A stretch of DNA of 63,060 nt, filler included, from an uncultured Chlamydiae bacterium (GTDB taxonomy: Bacteria; Chlamydiota; Chlamydiia; Chlamydiales; SM23-39): assembly GCA_937899275.1 (NCBI GenBank). It is 5 parts of 5 records of this genome, joined end to end, with 100 filler letters (N's around TTAATTAATTAA, not from the genome) between each part and the next. Parts side by side here need not be neighbours in the genome. Positions count along the whole stretch, not along the records: positions 52,599 to 63,060 come from CALBPE010000051.1; 4 more parts are not named here. One strand, 5' to 3'. The translations under genes were made by a program, and so were the position numbers. Positions within the stretch are counted from its first letter, which is position 1, and every line of letters begins with the position of its first letter. The notes below the pieces were generated by a model. It saw nothing but the letters and a program-made list of their open reading frames with translations. It was not told where the DNA came from and did not search any database. This document shows positions 61,739 to 63,060 of this stretch, piece after piece.

Positions 61739-63060
61739 ATGAAGTTGGAAGGAAAAAGTAATAAAATACCACAAAACATAGTGTCGGATTTACTATTTTC
61801 CCCAAGAGAAAATAAGTCTAGCAGCCTGGCAATAGAAATTTTTCTTAAATTGATCCAACCGATGAACGCCTACCTGTTCTTAAGATCTCTACTAGTCAAG
61901 CCTGTACAACAGAAGTCTTCTGTAACAATCACAGCACCAGAACTAAGAGAGAACATTTATTCTTTCCTACCTGTAGAAGAGCTCTTGAAAATAGAGTCAG
62001 TAGACAAGCAGGTGATCAGCAAAGTTCTATCAACAAGAGCAAAAACTCTAGGCTGGAATCCTACAGAAGAGAGCAGGCTTGGTTACCCCGATTTATCTGC
62101 TAAGGATTTTTTAGCATTCTTAATCCAAGGTATGCAGATTTTATCTACAGCAGAGCCTATGTGCATTATTACTCAATCTAGAGAAGTATTAGACCTTTCT
62201 ATACCTAAAGACCTTTTTGTATATGAAAAGGTAAGTTTTTTAGAACGCATTAAAGGAAGAAAAGTCCTATCTCTCGAACACACCCTGGGAAATATCCAGG
62301 GACAATCATCGAAGATTGCGATGATTTTTAGCGCGAATATATCTTTTCAATACTCTGTAAGAAAAAATGCTGGTATTCGATTGATGGTTTTAAATAAATG
62401 TATAGCTACAAGAAGGTTTGCTGGAGCTTTAGGGAGCCCTGAGGCTGTAGAAAGTACGATTTCTAGAGGAATAAGAAATGGATGTTTCTACGTTGTAAAA
62501 AAACTGTTAGAAGCAAAAGGAGAGGCTTCTGCACAAGACCTATCCTTAGCCATAAAAAGTAGCTCTAAACATCCAGCTTCTCTTGCCATACTGCGTTTGG
62601 TCATTGATAAATTCCCCAAAAACCTAAATGATACATCTATTAATGGAGAGACCCCTCTAACTTACGCGCTCAAATATCTCAAAAACCGAGCTGTAGAAGT
62701 CCTTTTAGAAAAGGGAGCTCATGTAGAAACATATAATGCGCTCAATGAACCGCCTTTATTGATAGCAATCCAAGGCAACAACCCAGAAGCTATGGGTCTT
62801 TTACTAAAAAAAGGCGCTAAAATTGCCGATCATTTTTTTCTAGAATCAATACCATTACAAAGTGCATGTGAGCGGCTTCTAGATACAAATTGCAATATTC
62901 ACGCAGTAGATTTGCAGGGACGTGGGGCTTTGCATATCTTAGCTAGCACCTCTAGAAGGCACTACTACACCGGGCAAAAAGAAAACATGGCAACGCAATT
63001 TATAAAGAAAGGGATCGATCCAAACCTTTTAGATGACGCTGGAAATACCCCACTTACTGT
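61739..63060 (+). CDS. Leader + F-box-like + ankyrin-repeat protein, runs off the window (absent from the ORF track)
   Basis: Manual translation is open to the window end: MKLEGKSNKIPQ...IFLKLIQPMNAYLFLRSLL...APELRENIYSFLPVEELLKIESVDKQ...NGETPLTYAL...EPPLLIAI...GRGALHILA...AGNTPLT. Confidence 0.85.
   Translation, partial: MKLEGKSNKIPQNIVSDLLFSPRENKSSSLAIEIFLKLIQPMNAYLFLRSLLVKPVQQKSSVTITAPELRENIYSFLPVEELLKIESVDKQVISKVLSTRAKTLGWNPTEESRLGYPDLSAKDFLAFLIQGMQILSTAEPMCIITQSREVLDLSIPKDLFVYEKVSFLERIKGRKVLSLEHTLGNIQGQSSKIAMIFSANISFQYSVRKNAGIRLMVLNKCIATRRFAGALGSPEAVESTISRGIRNGCFYVVKKLLEAKGEASAQDLSLAIKSSSKHPASLAILRLVIDKFPKNLNDTSINGETPLTYALKYLKNRAVEVLLEKGAHVETYNALNEPPLLIAIQGNNPEAMGLLLKKGAKIADHFFLESIPLQSACERLLDTNCNIHAVDLQGRGALHILASTSRRHYYTGQKENMATQFIKKGIDPNLLDDAGNTPLT

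Overview
AT-rich bacterial draft sequence from an environmental member of the Chlamydiae. The assignment rests on gene content and synteny (rnpA-rpmH / rpmJ-rpsN-uvrC, plsB-RNase G-plsX-rpmF, clpC-lplA-gcvH, double-length UvrA, PVC small basic protein). The window is five contigs joined by four artificial 100-nt N44-TTAATTAATTAA-N44 spacers, so gene adjacency across them is meaningless. Most of it is core housekeeping. Several genes carry in-frame stops amid clustered A/T substitutions that look like assembly errors. Two accessory regions stand out. One is 8.8-16 kb: a ~1,826-aa repeat protein ending in an HPD J-domain-like motif, a decayed paralog fragment, a possible IS scar and a YhcG nuclease. 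The other is 58.4-63 kb: three tandem genes sharing a promoter layout and an N-terminal leader but carrying different cargo (F-box-like/ankyrin or low-complexity). The giant gene has the same promoter layout and a weakly similar leader. My best candidate for an undescribed system is therefore a co-regulated, leader-shuffled family of secreted effectors. Also notable are a GH1 glycosidase with a hydrophobic N-terminal extension and a fragmented Maf-MORN-Maf gene. I saw no rRNA, tRNA or CRISPR array. All family assignments are from motif recognition by eye, with no database searches.
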